From Symbiobacterium sp. (lineage in GTDB: Bacteria; Bacillota; Sulfobacillia; DUSP01; DYEP01): a DNA stretch of 60,938 nt. This document shows, in pieces, positions 45,476-52,888 of the stretch (positions are counted from its first letter, which is position 1; each line of letters starts with the position of its first letter). A program made the translations under genes and the position numbers. The stretch spans positions 1-60,938 of the forward strand of contig DYEP01000119.1 of assembly GCA_020725675.1 (NCBI GenBank), in the 5' to 3' direction. Below the pieces are notes generated by a model. It was given only the letters and a program-made list of their open reading frames with translations. It searched no databases and was not told the DNA's origin.

Positions 45476-46507
45476 TTGGACAGAGACAAAGCGCTTGAAG
45501 CAGCCCTTGCTCAAATAGAGAAACAATTTGGCAAGGGTTCGGTGATGAAATACGGGCAGGAACCTCAAAAGCTTAATATAGAGGTGATCTCCACAGGTGC
45601 TCTCACGCTTGACCTAGCGTTGGGCATCGGCGGCGTCCCAAGAGGGAGAGTTGTTGAGATCTTCGGCCCGGAAGCATCCGGCAAGACCACAGTTGCTCTG
45701 CACGTCATCGCAGAAGCACAGCGAGGTGGGGGAATTGCCGCCTTCATTGATGCAGAGCACGCGCTTGACCCCACCTACGCAAGGAATCTGGGTGTGGATA
45801 TCGAAAATCTCCTCATATCTCAGCCTGATACCGGAGAACAGGCGCTAGAAATCGCGGAAGCGCTGGTCCGGAGCGGTGCAGTAGACGTCATCGTAGTGGA
45901 TTCGGTGGCAGCACTGGTTCCCCGAGCTGAAATCGAAGGCGAGATGGGCGATATGCACGTGGGTCTTCAGGCCCGGCTCATGTCACAGGCGCTGCGAAAG
46001 CTCACCGGCGCCATCAGCAAGTCGCGTACCACGGCGATATTCATTAATCAGATCAGGGAAAAAGTCGGTGTTATGTTCGGAAACCCGGAGGTCACCCCGG
46101 GTGGACGTGCACTGAAGTTCTACGCAACGGTACGAATGGACGTTCGAAAGATCGAGACTTTAAAACAGGGAGCTGATGTAATAGGAAGCCGTACTAGGGT
46201 AAAGGTGGTAAAGAATAAAATGGCACCGCCTTTTAGGCAGGCCGAGTTCGATATTATATACGGTCAGGGCATTTCAAAAGAAGGGTGCATTCTTGAACTG
46301 GGCATTGACCAGGGTCTGATCCAAAGAAGCGGGACATGGTATTCGTTCGGGGATATACGTCTCGGACAGGGCAGGGAGAACGCACGCGAGTTCCTGCGTC
46401 AAAACCAGGAGATAACGTCGGAGATAGAGTCCCGTATCAGGCAGGCTCAATCCATGGGTGCGCTGAAGCCTAAGTCGGCGACGGATGCTGCCGTGGAAGA
46501 CAGTTGA
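45476..46507 (+). CDS. recA: Recombinase RecA
   Basis: [19 protein letters not shown], Walker [21 protein letters not shown] start 6 nt after GGAGGGAGG. Confidence 0.97.
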   Translation: MDRDKALEAALAQIEKQFGKGSVMKYGQEPQKLNIEVISTGALTLDLALGIGGVPRGRVVEIFGPEASGKTTVALHVIAEAQRGGGIAAFIDAEHALDPTYARNLGVDIENLLISQPDTGEQALEIAEALVRSGAVDVIVVDSVAALVPRAEIEGEMGDMHVGLQARLMSQALRKLTGAISKSRTTAIFINQIREKVGVMFGNPEVTPGGRALKFYATVRMDVRKIETLKQGADVIGSRTRVKVVKNKMAPPFRQAEFDIIYGQGISKEGCILELGIDQGLIQRSGTWYSFGDIRLGQGRENAREFLRQNQEITSEIESRIRQAQSMGALKPKSATDAAVEDS

Positions 46508-46968
46508 AGAATGAGGGAAGGGGCCCGCTTTCACTGGCTCTGGATTACCTTGCGCGGCGCAGAAGAACTGCTGCTGAGGTCCGCGATCTCCTCTGCAGAT
46601 CCGGTTTTGAGCAGTCTCAAATCGAGGATACTCTATCATATCTTGAGCGAATGCGATACTTGGATGATATGGACTATGCCAGGGCGTTTGTTGAGGACAA
46701 AGAAGCGCGTTCCCCCTGCGGTAGGGCCAAACTGTACTACCTTCTGGCTGAAAAAGGCATTGATCGCACTGTCGTGGATCAGATCCTGTTCGAACTCGGA
46801 TACGAGGAACTTGACTCCGCATTGCGGGCAGCCAGGAACCGTGCCGACTGGCCACCTTGCTCTGAAAGGCACAGGCAGAGGATTTACAGGTTTTTGTCAA
46901 GCAGGGGGTTTTCTCACTCAGTCATTATGAAAGTCTTAAGTACTAATGAAGTAGAGCAGCAGGATTAG
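46504..46968 (+). CDS. recX: Regulatory protein RecX
   Basis: [19 protein letters not shown]...[15 protein letters not shown] repeat-helical pattern. The TTG start overlaps the recA stop. Confidence 0.85.
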   Translation: MKNEGRGPLSLALDYLARRRRTAAEVRDLLCRSGFEQSQIEDTLSYLERMRYLDDMDYARAFVEDKEARSPCGRAKLYYLLAEKGIDRTVVDQILFELGYEELDSALRAARNRADWPPCSERHRQRIYRFLSSRGFSHSVIMKVLSTNEVEQQD

Positions 46969-46981
46969 CTCTGTTCATCGC

Positions 46982-47010
46982 TTGACACGTTTTTACAGGA
47001 AAGTTACAAT
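46982..47010 (+). promoter_or_regulatory. Consensus sigma-A promoter upstream of the rny leader
   Basis: TTGACA (46982-46987), exactly 17 nt, then TACAAT (47005-47010). Confidence 0.7.
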
Positions 47011-47112
47011 ATTATGTGACTTGCTGTTTTGGGACTTGGATAGATACTATGCCTTAACAGGTTGCCATAGATCGGGTGTGGAACACATCAATCAAACCGG
47101 CTGTGCGTGACC

Positions 47113-47140
47113 GTTCTGATCAACAATCAGAACAGCTTTT
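47113..47140 (+). terminator. Leader hairpin 1 with a short U-tract (candidate attenuator or terminator)
   Basis: GTTCTGAT-CAACA-ATCAGAAC followed by AGCTTTTG. Confidence 0.45.
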
Positions 47141-47158
47141 GTGCATGGTAATGACGAC

Positions 47159-47189
47159 AGGCCGAGTCCCTCGGCCTTGTTTTAGTTTT
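47159..47189 (+). terminator. Leader hairpin 2 with a U-rich tail, immediately upstream of the rny SD
   Basis: AGGCCGAG-TCC-CTCGGCCT followed by TGTTTTAGTTTT. Confidence 0.55.
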
Positions 47190-47209
47190 GGGAAACACAT
47201 AAAGGGGAG

Positions 47210-48757
47210 GTGAGTCACATTACCGTTACACAGGTTTTCACACTGGTTTTAGCAAGCGCTGCAGCGGTAGCCGTGGGATACATGGTCCGCAAGTATATAG
47301 CGGAAGCGAAGATTGCTTCGGCCGAAGAAGCGGCCAAGAAGATAATAGAAGATGCACGGAAAGAGGCAGAGGCGAAGAAACGCGAGGCACTTGTTGAAGC
47401 TAAAGAAGAAGTACACAGACTGCGTAGTGATTTGGAAAGGGAAAGCAGAGAGCGCCGTAGCGAATTGCAACGGATAGAGCGTCGACTCATTCAAAAGGAA
47501 GAAGTGCTTGACAGGAAGACTGAATCTCTTGAGAAAAAGGAGGAGTATCTCCAGCGGCAGGAACGAACTCTTGAACGCTGCAGGGAGGAACTCGAAGCAC
47601 TCAGGGTAAAGCAACTTCAGGAATTGGAGCGCGTGTCAGGTCTCACGTCTGAGGAAGCCAAGAAGATCCTTCTTAGCCAGGTAGAAGAGGAGATCAAACA
47701 CGAAGCCGCAATGTTAATCCGCGAGGTTGAGCAAAACGCAAGAGATCAGGCGGAAAAGAAAGCGCGCGAGATCATCGCATTAGCTATCCAGAAGTGTGCT
47801 GCGGATCATGTCACAGAAACTACCGTCTCTGTTGTGGAGCTTCCTAACGACGAAATGAAAGGAAGGATCATCGGCCGGGAGGGCAGGAATATCCGGACTC
47901 TTGAAACCCTGACTGGGATTGATCTGATCATTGATGATACGCCAGAGGCGGTGATCCTGTCTGGCTTCGACCCTATAAGGAGAGAAGTGGCAAGACTGGC
48001 GCTGGAACGTCTGGTCGCTGATGGGAGGATCCACCCGGCACGCATCGAGGAGATGGTGGAAAAGGCCCAAAAGGACGTGGAAAATATCATCCGCGAAGAA
48101 GGAGAGCAGGCGTCATTCGAAACCGGGGTGCACGGTCTCCATCCTGAGCTGATCAAGATGCTTGGCCGGCTCAGGTTCAGGACCAGCTACGGCCAGAACG
48201 TGCTTAAACACTCCATCGAGGTAGCGCATCTCGCCGGTGCTATGGCTGCAGAACTGGGAGTCGACGTGGCGGTGGCAAAACGCGGTGGGCTACTGCACGA
48301 CATCGGTAAGGCGGTAGATCATGAGGTGGAGGGGCCGCACGTCGCTATCGGCATTAACCTGCTCAAGAAGTACCGTGAAAGCCAGGAAGTTATTTGGGCC
48401 ATGGAAGCGCACCACGGCGATGTAGAGCCGAAGTCCGTCGAGGCCGTCCTGGTAGCCGCCGCTGATGCGGTGTCAGCAGCGCGTCCCGGCGCGCGCCGCG
48501 AAACCCTAGAAGCCTACATTAAGAGGCTAGAAAAGCTGGAAGAAATAGCAGACTCCTTCGAAGGCGTGGAGAAGGCGTATGCGATACAGGCAGGCCGCGA
48601 GATCCGCATCATGGTGAAACCCGAAAAGATTGATGACCTGGCAGCAATTCGGCTTGCACGTGAGATTGTGAAAAAGATTGAAGAAGAACTGGAATATCCG
48701 GGACAGATCAAGGTGACGGTCATACGCGAGACGCGGGCAGTAGAATATGCCAAGTGA
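47210..48757 (+). CDS. rny: Ribonuclease Y
   Basis: N-terminal TM helix, a long coiled coil ([12 protein letters not shown]...), a KH domain ([15 protein letters not shown]), and an HD domain ([10 protein letters not shown]...LLHDIGK). The GTG at 47210 sits inside GGAGGTGA; an in-frame ATT at 47219 would have better SD spacing. Confidence 0.92.
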   Translation: MSHITVTQVFTLVLASAAAVAVGYMVRKYIAEAKIASAEEAAKKIIEDARKEAEAKKREALVEAKEEVHRLRSDLERESRERRSELQRIERRLIQKEEVLDRKTESLEKKEEYLQRQERTLERCREELEALRVKQLQELERVSGLTSEEAKKILLSQVEEEIKHEAAMLIREVEQNARDQAEKKAREIIALAIQKCAADHVTETTVSVVELPNDEMKGRIIGREGRNIRTLETLTGIDLIIDDTPEAVILSGFDPIRREVARLALERLVADGRIHPARIEEMVEKAQKDVENIIREEGEQASFETGVHGLHPELIKMLGRLRFRTSYGQNVLKHSIEVAHLAGAMAAELGVDVAVAKRGGLLHDIGKAVDHEVEGPHVAIGINLLKKYRESQEVIWAMEAHHGDVEPKSVEAVLVAAADAVSAARPGARRETLEAYIKRLEKLEEIADSFEGVEKAYAIQAGREIRIMVKPEKIDDLAAIRLAREIVKKIEEELEYPGQIKVTVIRETRAVEYAK

Positions 48758-48828
48758 CAGGTCAGGGCCGCTGATGCGGCCCTTCTTCGCCTATGGTTTT
48801 CAGTGGAGTCAAAGGGAGGGGGAGCGAA

Positions 48829-49344
48829 GTGAAAACTCATGCTCAGCAAGGACATTCGAGAGGTGCAGAATTGCTAGTTTCTATTCTTGTGCGCTATCCG
48901 GAACTGGGTACGCTGACGATCGATCCGGAGACAGCCTCGCTCCGTCTGACGGTGCTTGTGGCACGCGCTCTCAGCGAAGGCGAGCAGCGCGAGCTCTCTG
49001 CACGCATCATTGAGTCGTTGGACGCTTTGTTCACTCTGACCCAGGTGACTCCGCGCAAAAGGGAAGTATCGGTTATGGCCGAGGGGCGTGTCACTGCAAT
49101 TTCCGTGACACGGGACATTACGTCCATCTCGAGGGAAGAATTTGCTCTCATCGTAGGGCTCTTGCGAGAACTATTTCCGAATCATCTGTTTGTTGATAGA
49201 ACTCAGGAGACGTTCGTCGATGAAGACCTTGAGCTCCAGGAGGACTATATCGAGGAGATGCTGGAGAACTTAAGAGCGGAATCGGTTTCCACGAACCTCT
49301 ACGCCTTCAGAGAGGGCGGGCGTGTGCTGGTCTTCAACAAGTAG
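48829..49344 (+). CDS. Hypothetical acidic protein between rny and ymdB
   Basis: GTG at 48829 follows GGGAGGGGGAG. The ORF has an even coding look and no recognisable domain. Confidence 0.5.
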   Translation: MKTHAQQGHSRGAELLVSILVRYPELGTLTIDPETASLRLTVLVARALSEGEQRELSARIIESLDALFTLTQVTPRKREVSVMAEGRVTAISVTRDITSISREEFALIVGLLRELFPNHLFVDRTQETFVDEDLELQEDYIEEMLENLRAESVSTNLYAFREGGRVLVFNK

Positions 49345-49373
49345 AACCGTTGTTTTAGTAAAGGATGGTGCGT

Positions 49374-50168
49374 GTGCGAGTTTTAGCGCTGGGGGACATC
49401 GTGGGCAGACCCGGGCGGACTATGGTCTTGGACCACATAGGGGATCTCTTGTCTCAGTACAATCCTGACTTCGTGCTTGCTAACGGTGAGAACGCCGCAT
49501 CCGGCATGGGTATCACAAGAGACACTGCAGATGAGTTGTTCGCCTGTGGCATTGATGTACTCACGATGGGAAACCACGTTTGGGATAAGAAAGAGGTGTT
49601 CGACTTTATCGATGATGAGCCCAGGATCTTGCGTCCACTGAACTACCCGGAAGGCACGCCCGGCAGAGGTTTCGGCATTTTTAAGGCCGCGGGCAGTCTT
49701 CATGTCGGAGTCATTTCGCTGGCTGGACGCGTCTTCTCTCCGGCTCATCTTGACTGCCCGTTTCGCCTGGCGGACAGAGCCATCAGTATACTGTCTCAGG
49801 ATACCCCAATTATCATCCTGGATTTCCACGCCGAAGCCACATCCGAGAAGATCGCACTGGCGTGGTACCTGGATGGTCGAGTCTCAGCAGTGCTGGGCAC
49901 ACACACACATGTCCAGACTGCTGACGAACAGGTGCTGCCATCCGGTACGGGTTACATAACGGATCTGGGCATGACTGGCCCGTCTCACTCAGTGATTGGA
50001 GTGAAAACTGATCTTGTACTCAGACATTTCCTCACTCAACTGCCCACCCGGTTTGAGGTAGCGAGAGGTCCGCGGATCCTTTGCGGTGTTATTGTCGATA
50101 TCGATGACGCCACTGGCAAATGCCGCCACCTTTCCCGCATCTTTCTATCAGATAATACTGTTTGCTAA
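49374..50168 (+). CDS. ymdB: YmdB-type metallophosphoesterase (2',3'-cyclic-nucleotide 2'-phosphodiesterase, TIGR00282)
   Basis: VRVLALGDIVGRPGR, ANGENAASGMGIT, GNHVWDKKE, DFHAEATSEK and GTHTHVQTAD. An ATG at 49365 is the alternative start. Confidence 0.9.
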   Translation: MRVLALGDIVGRPGRTMVLDHIGDLLSQYNPDFVLANGENAASGMGITRDTADELFACGIDVLTMGNHVWDKKEVFDFIDDEPRILRPLNYPEGTPGRGFGIFKAAGSLHVGVISLAGRVFSPAHLDCPFRLADRAISILSQDTPIIILDFHAEATSEKIALAWYLDGRVSAVLGTHTHVQTADEQVLPSGTGYITDLGMTGPSHSVIGVKTDLVLRHFLTQLPTRFEVARGPRILCGVIVDIDDATGKCRHLSRIFLSDNTVC

Positions 50169-50266
50169 AATTGACTTGCCAAATTACACCACTAAAGATA
50201 CAATAATATCACACAGGTTTCGCTCAATCACCCGCACATCCTATACACTTTGAGGAGGTAGTTGAT

Positions 50267-50527
50267 ATGGACGTGCTCAAGGTTTCATCAAAGTCCAATC
50301 CAAATTCAGTCGCGGGGGCGTTGGCAGGAGCGATAAGGGAGAGGGGAAGCGCGGAGATTCAGGCAATCGGAGCGGGGGCTGTAAACCAGGCGGTTAAGGC
50401 GGTGGCCATTGCAAGGGGCTTTGTGGCTCCTGCAGGAATAGACCTCATTTGTATCCCCGCTTTCACCGACATTGAGATCAACGGCGAGGAGCGCACTGCC
50501 ATAAAGTTTATAGTCGAACCAAAGTAG
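50267..50527 (+). CDS. spoVS: Stage V sporulation protein S
   Basis: MDVLKVSSKSNPNSVAGALAG...IQAIGAGAVNQAVKAVAIARGF. Confidence 0.95.
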   Translation: MDVLKVSSKSNPNSVAGALAGAIRERGSAEIQAIGAGAVNQAVKAVAIARGFVAPAGIDLICIPAFTDIEINGEERTAIKFIVEPK

Positions 50528-50537
50528 CATGACTTAA

Positions 50538-50577
50538 GAACCTGTCCTTTCAGATAGGACGGGTTCTTTCTCTGTTT
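50538..50577 (+). terminator. Intrinsic terminator after spoVS
   Basis: GAACCTGTCCT-ttcagat-AGGACGGGTTC followed by TTTCTCTGTTT. Confidence 0.7.
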
Positions 50578-50604
50578 CCGGGTAGAATACTTGGTTGAAA
50601 TAAT

Positions 50605-51471
50605 ATGGTGCATGGGATTGATACAGTGCTCGCAGACCTACACATCCATACCAAAGCTTCAGACGGTACACTCTCTCCGGCGGAGGTCGTCAGGACAGCT
50701 GCGTCACGTGGCATCGAGGCCATTGCCATCGCCGATCACGATACCATGGCAGGTCTCCAGGAAGCCTTGGTAGAAGCGGCTCGCCAGAACGTGCTGGTGA
50801 TTCCAGCAGTTGAGATCAGTACCACAATGGAAGACGAGAAAATCCACATTCTCGGTTATCATGTGCCCACCGGTCCGTCTCCCCTTGAGCACTTTCTGCA
50901 GCGTATGCGGGTCGAACGAGAGGTTCGTATGTGCAAGATGGTCGAGCGCCTGAGAGCCCTGGGTATCTCCGTACCAGAACACGAACTCACCAAACACCTG
51001 AGTGATGGCTCGCTCGGCCGGCCCCACCTTGCCAGAGTCCTCGTGGCACACGGAGTGGTCGCATCAGAAAAGGAGGCGTTTGACAAATATCTGAAAGAAG
51101 GCAGACCAGCCTATGTCCCGAGGGCTAAGGTCACGCCGCTTCAAGCGGTAAAGATCTTGTCCGCATCAGGCGCAGTCCCCGTTCTTGCGCATCCAGGCAT
51201 TGGCGGCGCAAGACTACTCTCCTGGCTCTCCGCCCATGGCCTTCTGGGGGTAGAAGTCAACCACCCAGAGCACACTGTCTCCCAGTCTGCAATGTACCTG
51301 AGTGAGGCACGGCGTCTGCACCTGGTGGCTACGGGGGGCTCAGACTGCCACGATGATGCCACCCCCGGAAGGAGGATCGGGGAAGTACTGGCACCGCGAG
51401 ATGCGGTGAACCATCTTCGCGCACTCCACCTGCATATTAGATCACATATCGAAAGGGACGGCGCGATATAA
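50605..51471 (+). CDS. PHP-domain phosphoesterase (YciV/TrpH-like)
   Basis: DLHIHTKASDGTLSP..., IAIADHDT and LAHP. Confidence 0.8.
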   Translation: MVHGIDTVLADLHIHTKASDGTLSPAEVVRTAASRGIEAIAIADHDTMAGLQEALVEAARQNVLVIPAVEISTTMEDEKIHILGYHVPTGPSPLEHFLQRMRVEREVRMCKMVERLRALGISVPEHELTKHLSDGSLGRPHLARVLVAHGVVASEKEAFDKYLKEGRPAYVPRAKVTPLQAVKILSASGAVPVLAHPGIGGARLLSWLSAHGLLGVEVNHPEHTVSQSAMYLSEARRLHLVATGGSDCHDDATPGRRIGEVLAPRDAVNHLRALHLHIRSHIERDGAI

Positions 51472-51523
51472 TAATAGCAATCGAGGAACCCACCGCCGAA
51501 GCTTCGAAAGGAGTAGACTGACG

Positions 51524-51769
51524 GTGCAGTATGATATTCCCTTTCTTGAAAAGAAGATCAAGTCTCTCGAGGATACGGTAAAATGCCTGAGGCTGAGCAG
51601 GCGCGTACTGCTAAACCTGCTTGCAGCCAGAGAGAGGGAACGCGCCGCCTTGATCGCAGAGCTTCAGAGAAGAAACCTGGAGCTCAAGAAAGAAAACGTC
51701 CGGTATGCCAGACGGATGGTGGAACAGAATATGCGGATTTGCCGGCTGACGGAGAATCGGAATAGTTGA
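51524..51769 (+). CDS. Small coiled-coil hypothetical protein
   Basis: 81 aa with a heptad-like Leu/charged pattern. AAAGGAG lies upstream of the GTG start. Confidence 0.4.
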   Translation: MQYDIPFLEKKIKSLEDTVKCLRLSRRVLLNLLAARERERAALIAELQRRNLELKKENVRYARRMVEQNMRICRLTENRNS

Positions 51770-51782
51770 GAGTCAAGATTGA

Positions 51783-51808
51783 GGGGAGACTGGCGTGTCA
51801 GTCTCCCC
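51783..51808. terminator. Bidirectional hairpin between convergent genes
   Basis: 10 bp stem GGGGAGACTG/CAGTCTCCCC with a 6 nt loop. Confidence 0.55.
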
Positions 51809-51827
51809 CTTCACATCGTGCGTCGTA

Positions 51828-52877
51828 CTATTCCAGTGCCCTCAGGATGTCCCTCCACGCACAGTACCTTTCGATGTTCTCTTTTGCCAGCTGGATCCCG
51901 TGCGCGTCCTCAGGCTTGATCTTACGGGACACCTCGTGCAGGCGTTCTATGGTCGTGTAGGTATCATAGTGCACCAGAATCACCGGCACCTGTTTTTCGG
52001 ACGCGCGAGAAAGCACCTTGACGTCCGGGTACAGCCCGCCTGTCAGAATGAGCACCGAGGTACTGGTCTCAAGTGCTGCGAGCAACAAGTCTGACCGGTC
52101 GCCTCCGGTGACGATTGCCTTGTTGGGTGCCCTGCGCAGGTATTGCATGGCGCTCTCAAGCGTCATTGCGCCTACGAGGAGTTCCTCTACCAGGAGATCC
52201 AGCTTGTCTGGTGCGGTCAGGAGTTCCCCTCCGAGCACCTCGTAGTACTCCCTGACTGTAGGGGCAGCGATCTCCAGCCTCTTTGGAATCACTCCGTACA
52301 CAGGAAATCCCTTTGATTCAAGAATGGGCTTGTAGACTCCTTTCACCTTGTCAAGCAACGCCCTGGGCACGTTGTTGAACACGGTACCGAGCACTTTTGC
52401 GCCGCGGTAACTCATGTACTGCGAAAATAGGATCGCCCTATCCAGGCTGAAGTCGTTGTCAGGGTGATTAACTACCAGTGTGCTTGCGCCGATGGCGACT
52501 GCTATCGAAGACGCGTCCAGATCGATGCTTGCCATCACGTGGGGAAAGTGCGTGCCCTCTACAATGACCACATCGTAATCGGCGGCTATCTGGCGATACG
52601 CGTCTACGATCCGCGCAAGATTGTCTTCTGTGCGTTCATACCTTGTGAGGTACTGGGGTCCTGTGTAAAAGAGCACGGATTTCATCGCCGATTCCTGCTT
52701 TAGGACGTGGGTCATGAGTCTGACGTCATCATCTTCGCGATGTTCCGGCGAAGCGAGAGCTCCGATCGGTTTGAAATAGCCTACCTTCAGGCCAGCCTCC
52801 TGGAACTTCAGGGCAAGCCCGACACAGACCGCCGTCTTTCCGCTGCCAAATCTGCCTGAAACCAGAATGCTTTTCAT
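51828..52877 (-). CDS. BioD-like P-loop plus DRTGG-domain protein (stand-alone homologue of the Pta N-terminal region)
   Basis: MKSILVSGRFGSGKTAVCVGLA..., and a C-terminal AIVTGGDRSDL (DRTGG-like). A GTG at 52892 overlapping the upstream stop is the alternative start. Confidence 0.7.
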   Translation of the reverse strand: MKSILVSGRFGSGKTAVCVGLALKFQEAGLKVGYFKPIGALASPEHREDDDVRLMTHVLKQESAMKSVLFYTGPQYLTRYERTEDNLARIVDAYRQIAADYDVVIVEGTHFPHVMASIDLDASSIAVAIGASTLVVNHPDNDFSLDRAILFSQYMSYRGAKVLGTVFNNVPRALLDKVKGVYKPILESKGFPVYGVIPKRLEIAAPTVREYYEVLGGELLTAPDKLDLLVEELLVGAMTLESAMQYLRRAPNKAIVTGGDRSDLLLAALETSTSVLILTGGLYPDVKVLSRASEKQVPVILVHYDTYTTIERLHEVSRKIKPEDAHGIQLAKENIERYCAWRDILRALE

Positions 52878-52888
52878 CCTCCAACACC

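Noticed and set aside
46274-46900. Long antisense or alternative-frame ORFs. Examples: 46274..46900(-) 208 aa, 24469..25056(-) 195 aa, 19859..20410(-) 183 aa, 56968..57513(-) 181 aa, 9370..9861(-) 163 aa, and 18868..19707(+) 279 aa.
   Set aside because: Each lies entirely opposite, or out of frame with, a gene whose product carries unmistakable family motifs (recA/recX, HDAC, histidine phosphatase, thiI, speH, membrane transporter). Their translations are Arg/Ser/Pro/Cys-rich with no motifs and no SD. These are typical shadow ORFs in GC-rich DNA.
47017-47190. The idea that the ~175-nt RNA predicted upstream of rny is a 6S RNA.
   Set aside because: 6S RNA needs extensive pairing between its 5' and 3' ends around a central bubble. 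The 5' end (GACTTGCTGTTTTGGG) and the 3' end (GTTTTAGTTTTGGG) are similar rather than complementary.
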